Source of the DNA: Nemertoderma westbladi
Taxonomy: Eukaryota; Animalia; Xenacoelomorpha
Assembly: GCA_032718475.1 (NCBI GenBank)
Contig: JAUCBJ010004698.1
Span: 1 to 46,069, forward strand
Reading direction: 5' to 3'
DNA: 46,069 nucleotides
In this document: piece by piece, positions 1-10,851 of the stretch
Numbering within the stretch: position 1 is the stretch's first letter
Layout: each line of letters starts with the position of its first letter
Notes under the pieces: generated by a model
The model's database searches: none
Seen by the model: the letters and a program-made list of their open reading frames with translations, nothing else
What the model was told of the DNA's origin: nothing
Translations under genes and position numbers: made by a program

Positions 1-624
1 TACTTGTTAATATTTCAAAGTACTTGCAATATTCTTAGTAGAAAATAAGGGACCGACTAGGCAGTAACTTAACAAATATAGTGTTAATTTTCAATAGGGT
101 GATACTGTATGGACATCGTATGACCCACGATTGTTATACAGTAGTTATGAACAGTATTAGATAAGCTAACGCGATTTTTGTTAAATCAGTACGTAATGAA
201 TGAAACGCATCGAACATACAGTACTTTGGCTCTTTTTAACTTACTCCACGTCCTGGAATATAAGGTCGTTATTCGGGTAAATGGACCCCCCCTCCGCTCC
301 CCAATTTTTTCTACAAACCTTAATGAGATTGCATACAATTTGAAACTAGAGATGGTTTCACTTCTCTCCTCCTTGCTGGGTGAGCCAGAATTATTGTTTT
401 TGCTTTCAATCTTTAGCTACAAGCATTTGAAAAAAGTATCTTCGTCGTATTACACCAGTTACACCGCAGTTTATTCTATTCAATAAATATACCATATTCT
501 GGAATATTTTATTACATACAGTAGTTAGACAGCAGGAATAATATTCAGTTATGCATACTGTAGTACCTTGGGAAAGGTACTGCTGCACTGTCAGGAAAGG
601 TAATGCTCCAATGTCATGCTGTAG

Positions 625-1170
625 TTTTGTGGGGCGAGCCACGAAGTTGGCGGAGCCTTAGCGAATTGACACTGTTAGGGGGTGGGTCAATTTATGCAAA
701 TAGTTGTCGTCGTCGTCGTCGTCGTCGTTGTCGTCGTCGTCGTTGTCGTCGTCGTCGTCGTTACGATTTTGACATGCTAATAACTTTGTCGGATTTAAAG
801 CTGCCAAGTTGAAAATTTGTAGGTATCAATATGAGCAAAAGTTGAGATTTTTGAGAGACTTTCAGACACCATCAGTGCAATGGTCTCCCGCTAGAGGGCC
901 ACATGTCTAAACATTAAATGCCCTCCCATTTCTTTGCTTTTAATCCGTTTAAGCTGAAACTTGGCAGATATGTATTAGACCATTAGCTGTGACTTTCAAA
1001 GGAGGCGAATCCATCTGCAGTTCTCCAGTCTGCCGCTAGAGGGCCAAAGGTCTGAAAGTGAAAACAACTAACGACGACAACTATTTGCATAAATTGACCC
1101 ACCCCCTAACAGTGTCAATTCGCTAAGGCTTCGCCAACTTCGTGCTGCGCGAAGTCCCCACTTCGTGTAA
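625..1170. mobile_element. Non-autonomous Helentron/HINE(DINE-1)-like or MITE-like element
   Basis: About 74-bp near-perfect inverted repeat 640-713 / 1071-1144 (cacgaagttggcggagccttagcgaattgacactgttagggggtgggtcaatttatgcaaatagttgtcgtcgt, one mismatch); (GTC)n microsatellite directly inside the left arm; short hairpin cgaagt-cccc-acttcg at 1150-1165 just outside the right arm; T-run at the left edge. IR + microsatellite + 3' hairpin is the HINE layout. No TSD seen and no coding capacity. Confidence 0.55.
703..762. repeat. (GTC)n microsatellite with GTT interruptions
   Basis: Directly visible; explains the spurious poly-Arg ORF 603..812. Confidence 0.95.
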
Positions 1171-1208
1171 TTATATAGATTATTAGTATAATACTAGTAT
1201 ATAATTAA

Positions 1209-1770
1209 ATTATATACTTTATTACAATACTATTATATATTTTATTACAATACTATTATATACTTTATTACAATACTACTATATACTTTATTACAATACT
1301 ATTATATACTTTATTACAATACTATTATATACTTTATTACAATACTACTTATATACTTTATTACAATACAATTATATACTTTATTATTATTACAATACTA
1401 TTATATACTTTATTATTATTACAATACTATTATATATTTTATTACAATACTATTATATACTTTATTACAATACTACTATATACTTTATTACAATACTATT
1501 ATATACTTTATTACAATACTATTATATACTTTATTACAATACTACTATATACTTTATTACAATACAATTATATACTTTATTATTATTACAATACTATTAT
1601 ATACTTTATTATTATTACAATACTATTATATATTTTATTACAATACTATTATATTCTTTATTACAATACTACTATATACTTTATTACAATACTACTATAT
1701 ACTTTATTACAATACAATTATATACTTTATTATTATTACAATACTATTATATACTTTATTACAATACCAT
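1209..1770. repeat. AT-rich minisatellite, about 23-bp unit (tattatatactttattacaatac) with extra TAT variants
   Basis: More than 20 tandem copies visible. Confidence 0.95.
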
Positions 1771-1874
1771 TAATATAAAATACTATAATGTTCACCGGTT
1801 AATAATAAGACTCTGCAACTAGTCCTATCTCTATTACTAGAATGTGAAACATCGAATGAAACCGAATAAGTTGA

Positions 1875-2025
1875 CCTAGTTAGGATCTAAGTTCACCTAG
1901 TTAGGATCTAAGATCACCCATTTAGGATCTAAATTCACTCATATAGGATCTATGTTCGCATATATAGGACCTAAGTTTGCAAAGATCTAAGTTCTTAAAA
2001 GTCAGGCCCTGCAGGATCTAAGTTC
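1875..2025. repeat. Degenerate about 21-bp tandem repeat (core taggatctaagttc)
   Basis: Core ggatctaag-like motif recurs about 7 times with decay towards the right. Confidence 0.8.
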
Positions 2026-3057
2026 GTTTTACCGCGGCTGACCGGTAATGGCTGACTGGATTCCATTCCAACCAAGGTGATTCCAACTCGATATTTAAGT
2101 ACGGTAGCGGTACTGTGGTACCGGTAGCCTATTTCCAAACCTAGGCCTACTCAAAAAGTTAAGTTTTAAAAAAGTTTAATTAACTGTAATTTTATATCCT
2201 ACGCTACGGTAACGGTCCGCGGTAGGCCTACCTTCTGACAGGCCTACTTCAATTTTAAGTTGAATTTTAATAAATAATCAGTTGAAAATAGAACTTCTCC
2301 CAGCCTAGTGCTGTACTGCTGTAGGGCTGTAGGGGAGTGCCCAGACTGCTTGTTTGTCAGTTTGTACCGGTCTGCCGGTAGGCGAGGCGGTAGGCATTCA
2401 ATTACAGAATTACATATTACTGTGTATTACAGTACTGCAGTACCGTACTGCCGTATTAGGCCAATTCTTATTTCAGCAATTAGCAGATTAGGTCTGTCCA
2501 CTGCAGCACTGTCAGTCTCAGTAAGTCTGTCACCTGTGGCGCTGTGGGTAGCCTATCTCTGTGACTGTATCTGGGTACCGGTATTAACCCTCCCCCGGTA
2601 ACGTGGGGTAAAATAATACCCCGAGCAGCCGAGGGGATAAATTTTGATATTTTTCGACAATCTCTCATATTATCTGATTACTGGATTATGTATGTCCATG
2701 TATTTATGTATGTGTATGGCCTGTAGGCCTATTTCACAAGCCAAGACTTCGACCTAATCACGATGCGATAGATTGCTGCTAAGTATATCAGTATATGTGA
2801 ATACGGTAGGGCCTAACTCTTATTGTAGGCTTTCTTAGTGGTGTTCTGGCTGTCTGGCCTTTTTGGTCTCATTTTGGGTTCATTGTAACTGCAATAATAC
2901 AGTAATATAAAATTTAGTTGGACAATAATCACATTTTATGACCAAATCATCAGTAGTTTTGCAGTCATGGTGTATATTTCATATTACAATTCAAGATCTT
3001 GCTGTCTTGTGCTATTGCGAGGCGATATATCAATGTATATGTTTATGTTTAATGTTA

Positions 3058-3278
3058 GTTATAGTTCATATCCGTACCGACCTGACCGATATGATATGAT
3101 ATAAGTATGAAATACCTTATGTTATTGAGATAATGTTTATTGTTTTGGTTAGAAAAGCCCACCACTGTAACCTGCTCCTTTCCGTTAATTAAGTAATGGA
3201 GATTAGTTTATTGTTTTGGTTAGAAAAGACCACCACTGTAACACCATCGGTCAAGTCGGTACGCATATGAACGATAAC
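3058..3278. mobile_element. Small MITE-like foldback inside the piggyBac shell
   Basis: 33-bp inverted repeat 3058-3090 / 3246-3278 (3 mismatches) enclosing an about 37-bp direct duplication (gtttattgttttggttagaaaag.ccaccactgtaac, near 3135 and 3206). No clean TSD. Confidence 0.55.
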
Positions 3279-4273
3279 CTTAATGTTTAATAATTTACGG
3301 GTGTAGAAAGAAATATCTTATAAGGCACCCACTAACAAAATACAATTTATCGGAAGTCGTCATATTACCAAGTAAAAATAATGAACACCAACATAGATAC
3401 ACAACGATATATTTACCACGTTCACAAAATTTATATAATACTGTAATAAAAATACAGTAGTATTGCTACAGTGTACGTACTAGGGCTCGATCGGAGCTCC
3501 GGCCTCCGGCTCCGGCTCCGGCCATTTTGGCACCTCCGGCTCCTGCTCCGGCTCCGGTAAAAATATTGCCGGAGTTAATTTTTTAATAAAGTATTATATT
3601 TCGTGCATATTCTAATCTGAACAATTATTTACACTATAAGTACTGTCAGACTGTAGTACAGCTTCAATATCCAGCAGTCCAGCATAATACTGCAGTATTT
3701 ATTACTTAAAGTCAATGACTGACTGACTGTTGATTGTACTGCAGTACTGGTACTGGCCAGCTGGCTGACTAGCAGACTATTACAGATAGGCCCTACTGTC
3801 TGACTGTAAAAAATTGTAAATGCTATGATTGTACACTGTACCACTGCAGCCATTTACTGCTGTCATGCCAGCATACCGTCGTCCTGTGTGACTATGATAA
3901 TTTTAGACATTCTTTTACACGCCTTGACTTTGTGCTGGGGTTCCATGCTATGGGTCCGGGTAAAAAATGCCCTTTGGCTATTCAATTATACAAATCGCCA
4001 CTGACATTTTCTCTGAGGAAATGTCAGTGGCGTTTTTTTTATGTTTAAAAAATTATCATAGTCAACCAAGAGACCGTCTGGCTATGATAATCCAAATTTG
4101 TTCTATGTGAAAATCATTATCAGTGCATCCAAGGGGTGACTATGATAATATTTTTAGGTTTTAAAAAATGCTTTGACATCCCCTCAATAAATTGAGACCT
4201 TCCAAACAGGTTAATTCCGCATTCTAAGCGAGCTATAGACGTTCTACCACGTCAAGTCATTCTGGGTGACTAT

Positions 4274-5067
4274 TAGGGCTCGATCGGAGCTCCGGCCTCC
4301 GGCTCCGGCTCCGGCCATTTTGGCACCTCCGGCTCCTGCTCCGGCTCCGGTAAAAATATTGCCGGAGTTAATTTTTTAATAAAGTATTATATTTCGTGCA
4401 TATTCTAATCTGAACAATTATTTACACTATAAGTACTGAAGTAAGTACTGTAGTACAGCTTCAATATCAAGCATAATACCGGTACTGCAGTACTGCAGTA
4501 TTTACTTAAAGTCAATGACTGACTGACTGTACTGCAGTACTGGTACTGGCCAGCTGGCTGACTAGCAGACTATTACAGATAGGCCCTACTGTAAAAAATT
4601 GTAAATGCTATGAATGTACACTGTAGCTGTACCACTGCAGCCATTTACTGCTGTCATCGTCATGCCATGCCAGCTGCCAGCATACTGTACTGCAGTACTG
4701 GTACACGTACTGACGTACGGTAGGCTACCTACAGTACACATCTCTACCACGGTTAGTGAGTTAGGTAGGCTAGGCCTACTGTAGGTAATTTTTAGCCGTC
4801 ACGTCAGGCCGTCTGTCCGTGATAAATCAATTACTTAAATTTTAAATTGAAAATTCGTAAATCTATAAATTATGAAATTAATTAGACCTACAGTATGATT
4901 GATTTTGAGCGATTGGCGAACAATAACCATACTTTATTTTTTTTAAATAAATAATTAAATTTATAAAATTTTTGAAAAACTCCGGCTCCTGCTCCGGCTC
5001 CGGCCAAATTGTCTAACTCCGGCTCCTGCTCCGGCTCCGGCCAAATCCCAACTCCGATCGAGCCCTA
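4274..5067. mobile_element. Non-autonomous hAT element, inner intact copy (794 bp), same family as 3481-7996
   Basis: Same 16-bp TIR; 8-bp TSD GTGACTAT at 4266-4273 and 5068-5075. Confidence 0.95.
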
Positions 5068-5367
5068 GTGACTATGATAATGATAAAAACTGAATATTAC
5101 ATACAACAATGAATCGTCAAAACCATCCAACTATAGGGATACTGTACACTGTGTACAGTACATAGGTCTGTAATGCCTCAAAAGTCAAAACTGAAGAACT
5201 AGGCTACTAAAAATATGAAATTATCAAAATACACAGTTTACAGTGTGTTAGCACCGTTTCAAATTATTATACAGTTTTAAAAATAATTCGCTAAGAAAGC
5301 AACAAATTTCAGTTCACTTTAAATTTGTTTGAAATACCGATAATAGTTAGCATAGCATGACATGACC

Positions 5368-7113
5368 TCATCCCTCCATAATATCTTCACTTAAAAGTTG
5401 AGAATAAATACCAGGAATCGTATTTCCACTGTTATCGGCGCTGCTGTCACTATATGGATCAGCAGTATCCATGAACATATCATCAACGTCACTTTCTGGA
5501 TCAGCAATATCAATGAACATATCATCAACGTCACTTTCAGGATTATGAATAGCTCCAGCTTTACGACAAGCACACTTGTTGCAATACCAATCTTTATCTT
5601 CATCAAACTCATCTTCCTTAATGCATATGCAACAAAACCATTTATCGCACTTATCACATTGAACCCACGGTTTCTTATGTTTCTTTGTATACTTTCTCTT
5701 GCACTCTCCACATGTATTTTTATCATCAACAATGAGATCAGCTGAAGATACTGCTTTACCTGGTACTATTTTCTTACCTCTCTTTCTTGTTGTTGTTTCT
5801 GCTGGCCCAACATACTCATTCAATAGATTCACCACTGCTTCACCAAACAGTTCACGCACAGATGCCTCGTCATCCTCTAGAGGAGGTAACACTTTCTTTA
5901 AGACTTGTTCCGTATCACGAGGGTAGATGCCGGATGACCTGAAACCTGAGACAAGATTTGATTTGTTATTCTCCATGTTTAGGCACAAACGACTCAGTAA
6001 TGGGGCTATTGCTGGTTTTGGCAGTGCCTTTTTAGATTTAGTTTCTTTTCGCCAATTCAGTAATATTTTTCGCCAAACACGTTTCGCTGGTCCAAACACA
6101 GCAACATCCAGAGGTTGAAGTATGTGGCTGGCGTTTGGAACCAGCGATATGAACACTATATTGTGCTGTGCACACGCATCCAATACTTCAGTGCAGAAAT
6201 GGCTTCCAAGATTATCACCGATAATTATCTTTTTCCCTTCTATTTGTTTCGCCCGATCAAGGAATACCTCAAAAAACCATCTCTTGAACAACTCAGAATC
6301 GAACCACCCAGACTTAGAACACCCATACGCAGCATCTGGTGGACCATTTCTCCACTCCGTGTATACATTTTCACTTTTAAATACAACCATGGGTGGTAGG
6401 AAATCTCCACTAGCACTTCCGCAGAACATGATGCTAGTGGCAGACTTAGAATTTGACATTTTCGTCTCAACTCTTTTTAATCCCCTACGAACAATCACAT
6501 TCTTGGAACCAGGATCATCCGTAATGTTAGTTTCATCGTAGTTGAAAATTGCATTCGGTTGTATGTCATGGGGGACACTTTCATCATAGTGCTTAAAGAA
6601 TTCCTCTATGTCGCTTGCATGTATTTCAGCGCGTGCAGGTTTAACATTGGTACATATACGTTTTGACAGTTTATGCCGTTTCATGAAGTTGGCCATCCAT
6701 TCATCACCTGGTAGGTTATCCTTGAAACGGGTGGTGCGATCCGCTTTCACCAAATAATCCTGGACTAATAGTTGGATGTCGATTTTTGTTAATGGTATTT
6801 TCCATGAACAAAGCTTAATGATCACACTCAAAATTGTCGATTCTTCGTTGATTGTCAACACCCGTTGCCCTCCATGTTTTCGTGCAGTTGATGGATTATA
6901 TGATGGTCGCGTTTTTTTATACAATGTTCCATAGGGAATACCATATTGTTTCTTAGCTTGGTAAACATTCATCTTTCCACTAACCACCATTGTAATAGCT
7001 AGGTTTAACGTCTCTTTAGAGTAGCCTGTCAGATAGTTTCGACTCCCACGTTTTCGTTTGTATCGTGAAGATCGTGGAGATGACCCTGAAGGTAAAGAAG
7101 ATCGTGGATTCAT
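5368..7113 (-). CDS. pogo/Fot-like DD35D transposase (581 aa from first ATG): HTH_psq + CENP-B-type HTH + DDE_1 + C-terminal PHD-like finger
   Basis: YSKETLNLAI...YGIPYGTLY (psq HTH); LPGDEWMANFMKRH (CENP-B HTH); catalytic NYDET / IIGDNLGSH / QPLDVAVFGP with 35 residues between the 2nd and 3rd Asp; CGEC...WVQCDKCDKWFCCIC...WYCNKC. First ATG at 7113 (MNPRSS); no stops or introns. Confidence 0.95.
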   Translation of the reverse strand: MNPRSSLPSGSSPRSSRYKRKRGSRNYLTGYSKETLNLAITMVVSGKMNVYQAKKQYGIPYGTLYKKTRPSYNPSTARKHGGQRVLTINEESTILSVIIKLCSWKIPLTKIDIQLLVQDYLVKADRTTRFKDNLPGDEWMANFMKRHKLSKRICTNVKPARAEIHASDIEEFFKHYDESVPHDIQPNAIFNYDETNITDDPGSKNVIVRRGLKRVETKMSNSKSATSIMFCGSASGDFLPPMVVFKSENVYTEWRNGPPDAAYGCSKSGWFDSELFKRWFFEVFLDRAKQIEGKKIIIGDNLGSHFCTEVLDACAQHNIVFISLVPNASHILQPLDVAVFGPAKRVWRKILLNWRKETKSKKALPKPAIAPLLSRLCLNMENNKSNLVSGFRSSGIYPRDTEQVLKKVLPPLEDDEASVRELFGEAVVNLLNEYVGPAETTTRKRGKKIVPGKAVSSADLIVDDKNTCGECKRKYTKKHKKPWVQCDKCDKWFCCICIKEDEFDEDKDWYCNKCACRKAGAIHNPESDVDDMFIDIADPESDVDDMFMDTADPYSDSSADNSGNTIPGIYSQLLSEDIMEG

Positions 7114-9265
7114 TTTTATACAAAATCCAATGCAGCAATACTTAGATACCGGTACCGAGTATAAACTATAACAATAACACACAAAATGTATGTAGAATGT
7201 AAGTCAGTTGCCCTAATACAGTAATAGGCCTACTAATCTACTAATAAAATACATACAATATTATATTGAAAATGCCTAATAAAACACAAAGACCGGACAG
7301 CCCGTAGGCGTAGGCCCCTACTGTAATGTACCGTATAGGCTAAGTATGTAAGTGTATCAGGCCTACACTGCTACACCTACAACAGTAAATGTTTTAATAC
7401 ATCCCTAGATCAGTATCCTTACAGCCTTAGAAAGTTAAGAGTTAGAGATGAAAAGATATATTCCGCAGGTATGGTGATTTTTAAAATACCAGAATACACA
7501 TTATCATAGTCAGCCAGTTTATTATCATAGTCAACCGTGGAATCATAGTCACACAGGTTGACGGTACTGTCAGACTGTACCTGTGTACTGCAGACTGCAA
7601 TACTGGCAGACTGGTACACGTACGGTAGGCTACATACAGTACACACATCTACCACAATTAGACAGTTAGTGAGTTAGGTACTGTATGTAATTTTTAGCCG
7701 TCAGCGTCAGGCCGTCTGTCCGTGATAAATTAATTAGGCCTACTTAAATTTTAAATTGAAAATTCGTAATAAACAGATAAATTACTGAATTATGAAATTA
7801 ATTAGACCTGCAGTATGCTGGTATGATTGATTATGGGCGATTGGCGAACGATAACCATACTTTATTTATTTTTTAATAAATAATTAAATTTTTAAAATTT
7901 TTGAAAAACTCCGGCTCCTGCTCCGGCTCCGGCCAAATTGTCCAACTCCGGCTCCTGCTCCGGCTCCGGCCAAATCCCAACTCCGATCGAGCCCTAGTAC
8001 GTACAGTATTACGTATAATCTAAAATGGATATAAATGTTTATGTGTAGGCTACAGTCTGACAGTAGATTAAAAACGGCAATAGTAACGTATATACTGTGG
8101 AGTGAGCAATGAATAAAACCAAAATAAATAAAAAATAATAAAAATTAAAATAATATATTCTAAACATATTGCGTCAGTTGTACGGTACTGTATATTAATT
8201 TTGAAGCAAATTTTGATATTAATTTTTTGTGTAAAATAGATTAAAACGTCAATTCTACATGACTAAATGTAGAGTAAGCAAGTAATAAACCCAACATCAT
8301 GCTGGATATTTACAATATAATAAGATTACAAATTTAAAAAGAAATTTAAAAATTAACAAGTTTATTGCGATAGGCTAGTATAAAATAGGCTAAAAATCAT
8401 ATGAATGTAATTGTTACAGTACGAGTACAGCAGTAGGCCTAGATTAAAACATCATTACATTCGAATATATATATAACCTTGCAGCCTTGTTCTGTTGTTG
8501 ACTTTTCTGACTTTTAGTGGTGGTATTTGACTCATTTTATGCTTATTGGAACTGCAATGGTCTACTTAGACCCATAACACCTCTAACAGTCTAAAAAACC
8601 TAGAATACAGGAATAAGAAGCACTCTCCTGCTCTCACAGAATGCTTCGCTCTATGATAGTACCTTGTCTGCTTGTTGCAAAACGCCCCATCGCGACTTCA
8701 ACGATGATCGCGATTGTAGTGGGATAACTTTTATGGCATTGAGCGTTGGGTAGGCCTAGACTTCAACCAAATTGAAAAAAAAAGTTCACAACTTATTTTT
8801 TCACCATTCTGCCATTTGGCAAATTCTGGGAGGGGGATTGCAAGTGTTTTTCTATTTAATGTTACTAAAATGTCTTTATCAATTTGGGGTATAAAAATAC
8901 CCCACGTTACTGGCACTGGTGAAGGATAATTTTTGCCATACCTGATACCGGGGGAGGGTTAAATACTGCGGCGCCGGGCCTCGGGCTGTCGGGCCTACTA
9001 CATTACATACCGGTACTACCAGACTACTGCTGTACTGTCCTAGTCTAGTCTGCTAGTAGTCCTGTAGTCAGACTGCAGGAGTGCAGGACTGACTCCTAAC
9101 TCACTGGCAGACTGGGTCGGCATTCAACATTCTCGGCAAACAGCTCTCAAACAGCAAACCGGCAATAATGATTCAGTAATTCGCTGTAATATCAGACAGT
9201 CGGAATAATTCGGTACCGGTAATTAATGACTGGTAGACTGGGTGTGAGTGATAGATAAACAAAAC

Positions 9266-9505
9266 ATGTCTGTTGACATAAAGCAACTCCCTCCAATGCC
9301 CAACGGTGTCGGCCCACCAGTTAATCCCACAGGACACATTGTCGACGAAAAAGCCGTGGTAATGGACCAGTGGAAGGCAATGTGGGGATCTCATCTGCAC
9401 GTTCTGTACAAATTTGCGATTCAATTTTTTAAGGAAAAATGTGGATCAAAGGCAGCCGAAATTTCATACGAAGACAAAAACTTATTGGTTGCCTACAGCA
9501 AACAA
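9266..9505 (+). CDS. ACBD3: Golgi resident protein GCP60 / acyl-CoA-binding domain protein 3, coding exon 1
   Basis: MSVD...WGSHLHVLYKFAIQFFKEKCGSKAAEISYEDKNLLVAYSKQ matches the remembered ACBD3 ACB-domain start (WG..L.ELY.LAL.FFKEK.GKA...YE.K..LVA..KQ); ATG in aaacATG context; 240 bp, phase-0 donor GTTAGT at 9506. Confidence 0.9.
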
Positions 9506-10567
9506 GTTAGTATATAAACTTAAATTAGCCCAGCCGCGCTACCGGTCAGTCAGGCACTTTTGCAAATTTGGCATTAGTCCAAATTTATACCTTTTGAAGC
9601 CAAATTTAAACGAAGTCCAAATTTGTAATTTTGTGGGGCAATTTATACTTCATAATGCGGGATAGGCTAGGATTTCTATCAGATAGTTCTATAGATGCTG
9701 TACGTACAATGATTGTTGTTCATAAGATAGATCTATTATCAGATTATATTACGGGATTATTATTATTTTGTTTATTATTGGAATAACTTATATTATTATC
9801 ATTGGGACAAATTAACTACTTATTACAAGAATTATCTCACAAACTGTTCCTTTCTACACACATTCTGACATTGATTACTAGTCCCCACACATGGTTATTT
9901 TTTTAGAAAACTTACCACTTTAATCAGAATTATTAGTTCAGTAGTTCCATGTGCCGTTCTTAAACTTGGCAGGTCGTACAGCCGTAGAGCATGTGCAGTG
10001 ACGTCATAACTGTCTATAGGACTATAGGAGTATTATTAGTAAAAGTACAAATTTGAACTTTTTTACAAAAATTATCACACCCGCTGTGCCTTCTACACAC
10101 ATTGATTATTGGTCACGCATGGTTATCTTTTAGAAAACTTAGTAAAAGTACAAATTTGAACTTTTTTTTGAATTTTTTTTTGGAATAAAAAAGGTCTGAA
10201 AACTTCTGTTATGTTCAGGCATTCAATTTGCACTATTTTGGGGTTGTCCAATATACCAAAATGATCCCCTGTGTGTCTAAATTATGATTATCAGTATAGA
10301 TTGTGGTTATACCTACCAGTTTTTAAAATGTTGTCATATTTTTACAAGGTGACCATTTTGGGGCAACTTGAAACATATACTTCAGTTGAGGACCCTTTGC
10401 ATTTTTTGGCATTATTCTTACAACGGCGGGCTTTTTGAATTTACTAATAGGCATACTGTTTGTTTAATCCATATTACTTAATCGTGTTGTCCATATTCTC
10501 AGTCTGCATACAGTACCATCCGGTTTCAGTAATCAAGTTTTCCAGTGGCAGTACCGCACCATTCTGG

Positions 10568-10851
10568 CATAGTACAGTACCAGTACCGCAGCATAGTGCA
10601 GTACCAGTATCACAGCATAGTACAGTACCAGTACCACACCACAGCATAGTACAGTACCAGTACCGCAGCATAGTACAGTACCAATACCAAAGCATAGTAC
10701 AGTACCAGTACCACAGCATAGTACAGTACCAGTACCACAGCATAGTACAGTACCAGTACCACAGCATAGTACAGTACCACACCACAGCATAGTACAGTAC
10801 CAGTACCACAGCATAGTACAGTACCAGTACCACAGCATAGTACAGTACCAG
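10568..10851. repeat. 24-bp minisatellite (cacagcatagtacagtaccagtac), left part
   Basis: About 12 tandem copies; the array resumes in register after the retrotransposon. Confidence 0.95.

Larger units (their letters stand above)
3876..7564 (-). mobile_element. pogo/Fot-like (Tc1-mariner superfamily) DNA transposon, potentially autonomous
   Basis: TA at 3874-3875 and 7565-7566, whereas the uninterrupted hAT copy has a single TA at the equivalent site (gccagcaTActgt near 4683); 23-bp TIR ccgtc[gt/aa]cctgtgtgactatgat; repeated subterminal motif gactatgataa at both ends; encodes a full transposase. Confidence 0.93.
3481..7996. mobile_element. Non-autonomous hAT element, outer copy, interrupted by a pogo insertion
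   Basis: Perfect 16-bp TIR tagggctcgatcggag / ctccgatcgagcccta; 8-bp TSD GTACGTAC (3473-3480, 7997-8004); clustered subterminal ctccgg repeats; 3481-3875 plus 7567-7996 align to the uninterrupted copy at 4274-5067. Confidence 0.93.
2588..8958. mobile_element. Non-autonomous piggyBac-type DNA transposon (outer shell of a nested insertion)
   Basis: TTAA at 2584-2587 and 8959-8962; perfect 13-bp TIR ccctcccccggta / taccgggggaggg; asymmetrically spaced subterminal IR gtaacgtggggtaaaataatacccc (2598-2622) vs ggggtataaaaataccccacgttac (8886-8910). TTAA TSD, CCC...GGG ends and internal IRs are piggyBac hallmarks. No piggyBac transposase ORF seen. Confidence 0.9.

Noticed and set aside
192-416. Two possible minus-strand exons (416-319 and 252 to about 193) joined by a 66-bp GT-AG intron
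   Set aside because: Phases are compatible but the peptide (LKIESKNNNSGSPSKEERSETISSFKLYAISLRTWSKLKR...) matches nothing I recognise; needs RNA-seq.
5391-6541. Short ORFs overlapping the transposase
   Set aside because: Antisense or alternative-frame shadows of the pogo ORF with no recognisable motifs.
7114-7182. N-terminal extension MCYCYS... of the transposase in the ORF track
   Set aside because: Starts at a non-ATG codon; the first ATG is at 7113.
9830-10170. Local diverged duplications in ACBD3 intron 1 (ttctacacacatt...ttttagaaaactt twice; agtaaaagtacaaatttgaactttttt twice)
   Set aside because: Real but ordinary short tandem duplications; no TIR, TSD or structure to assign.
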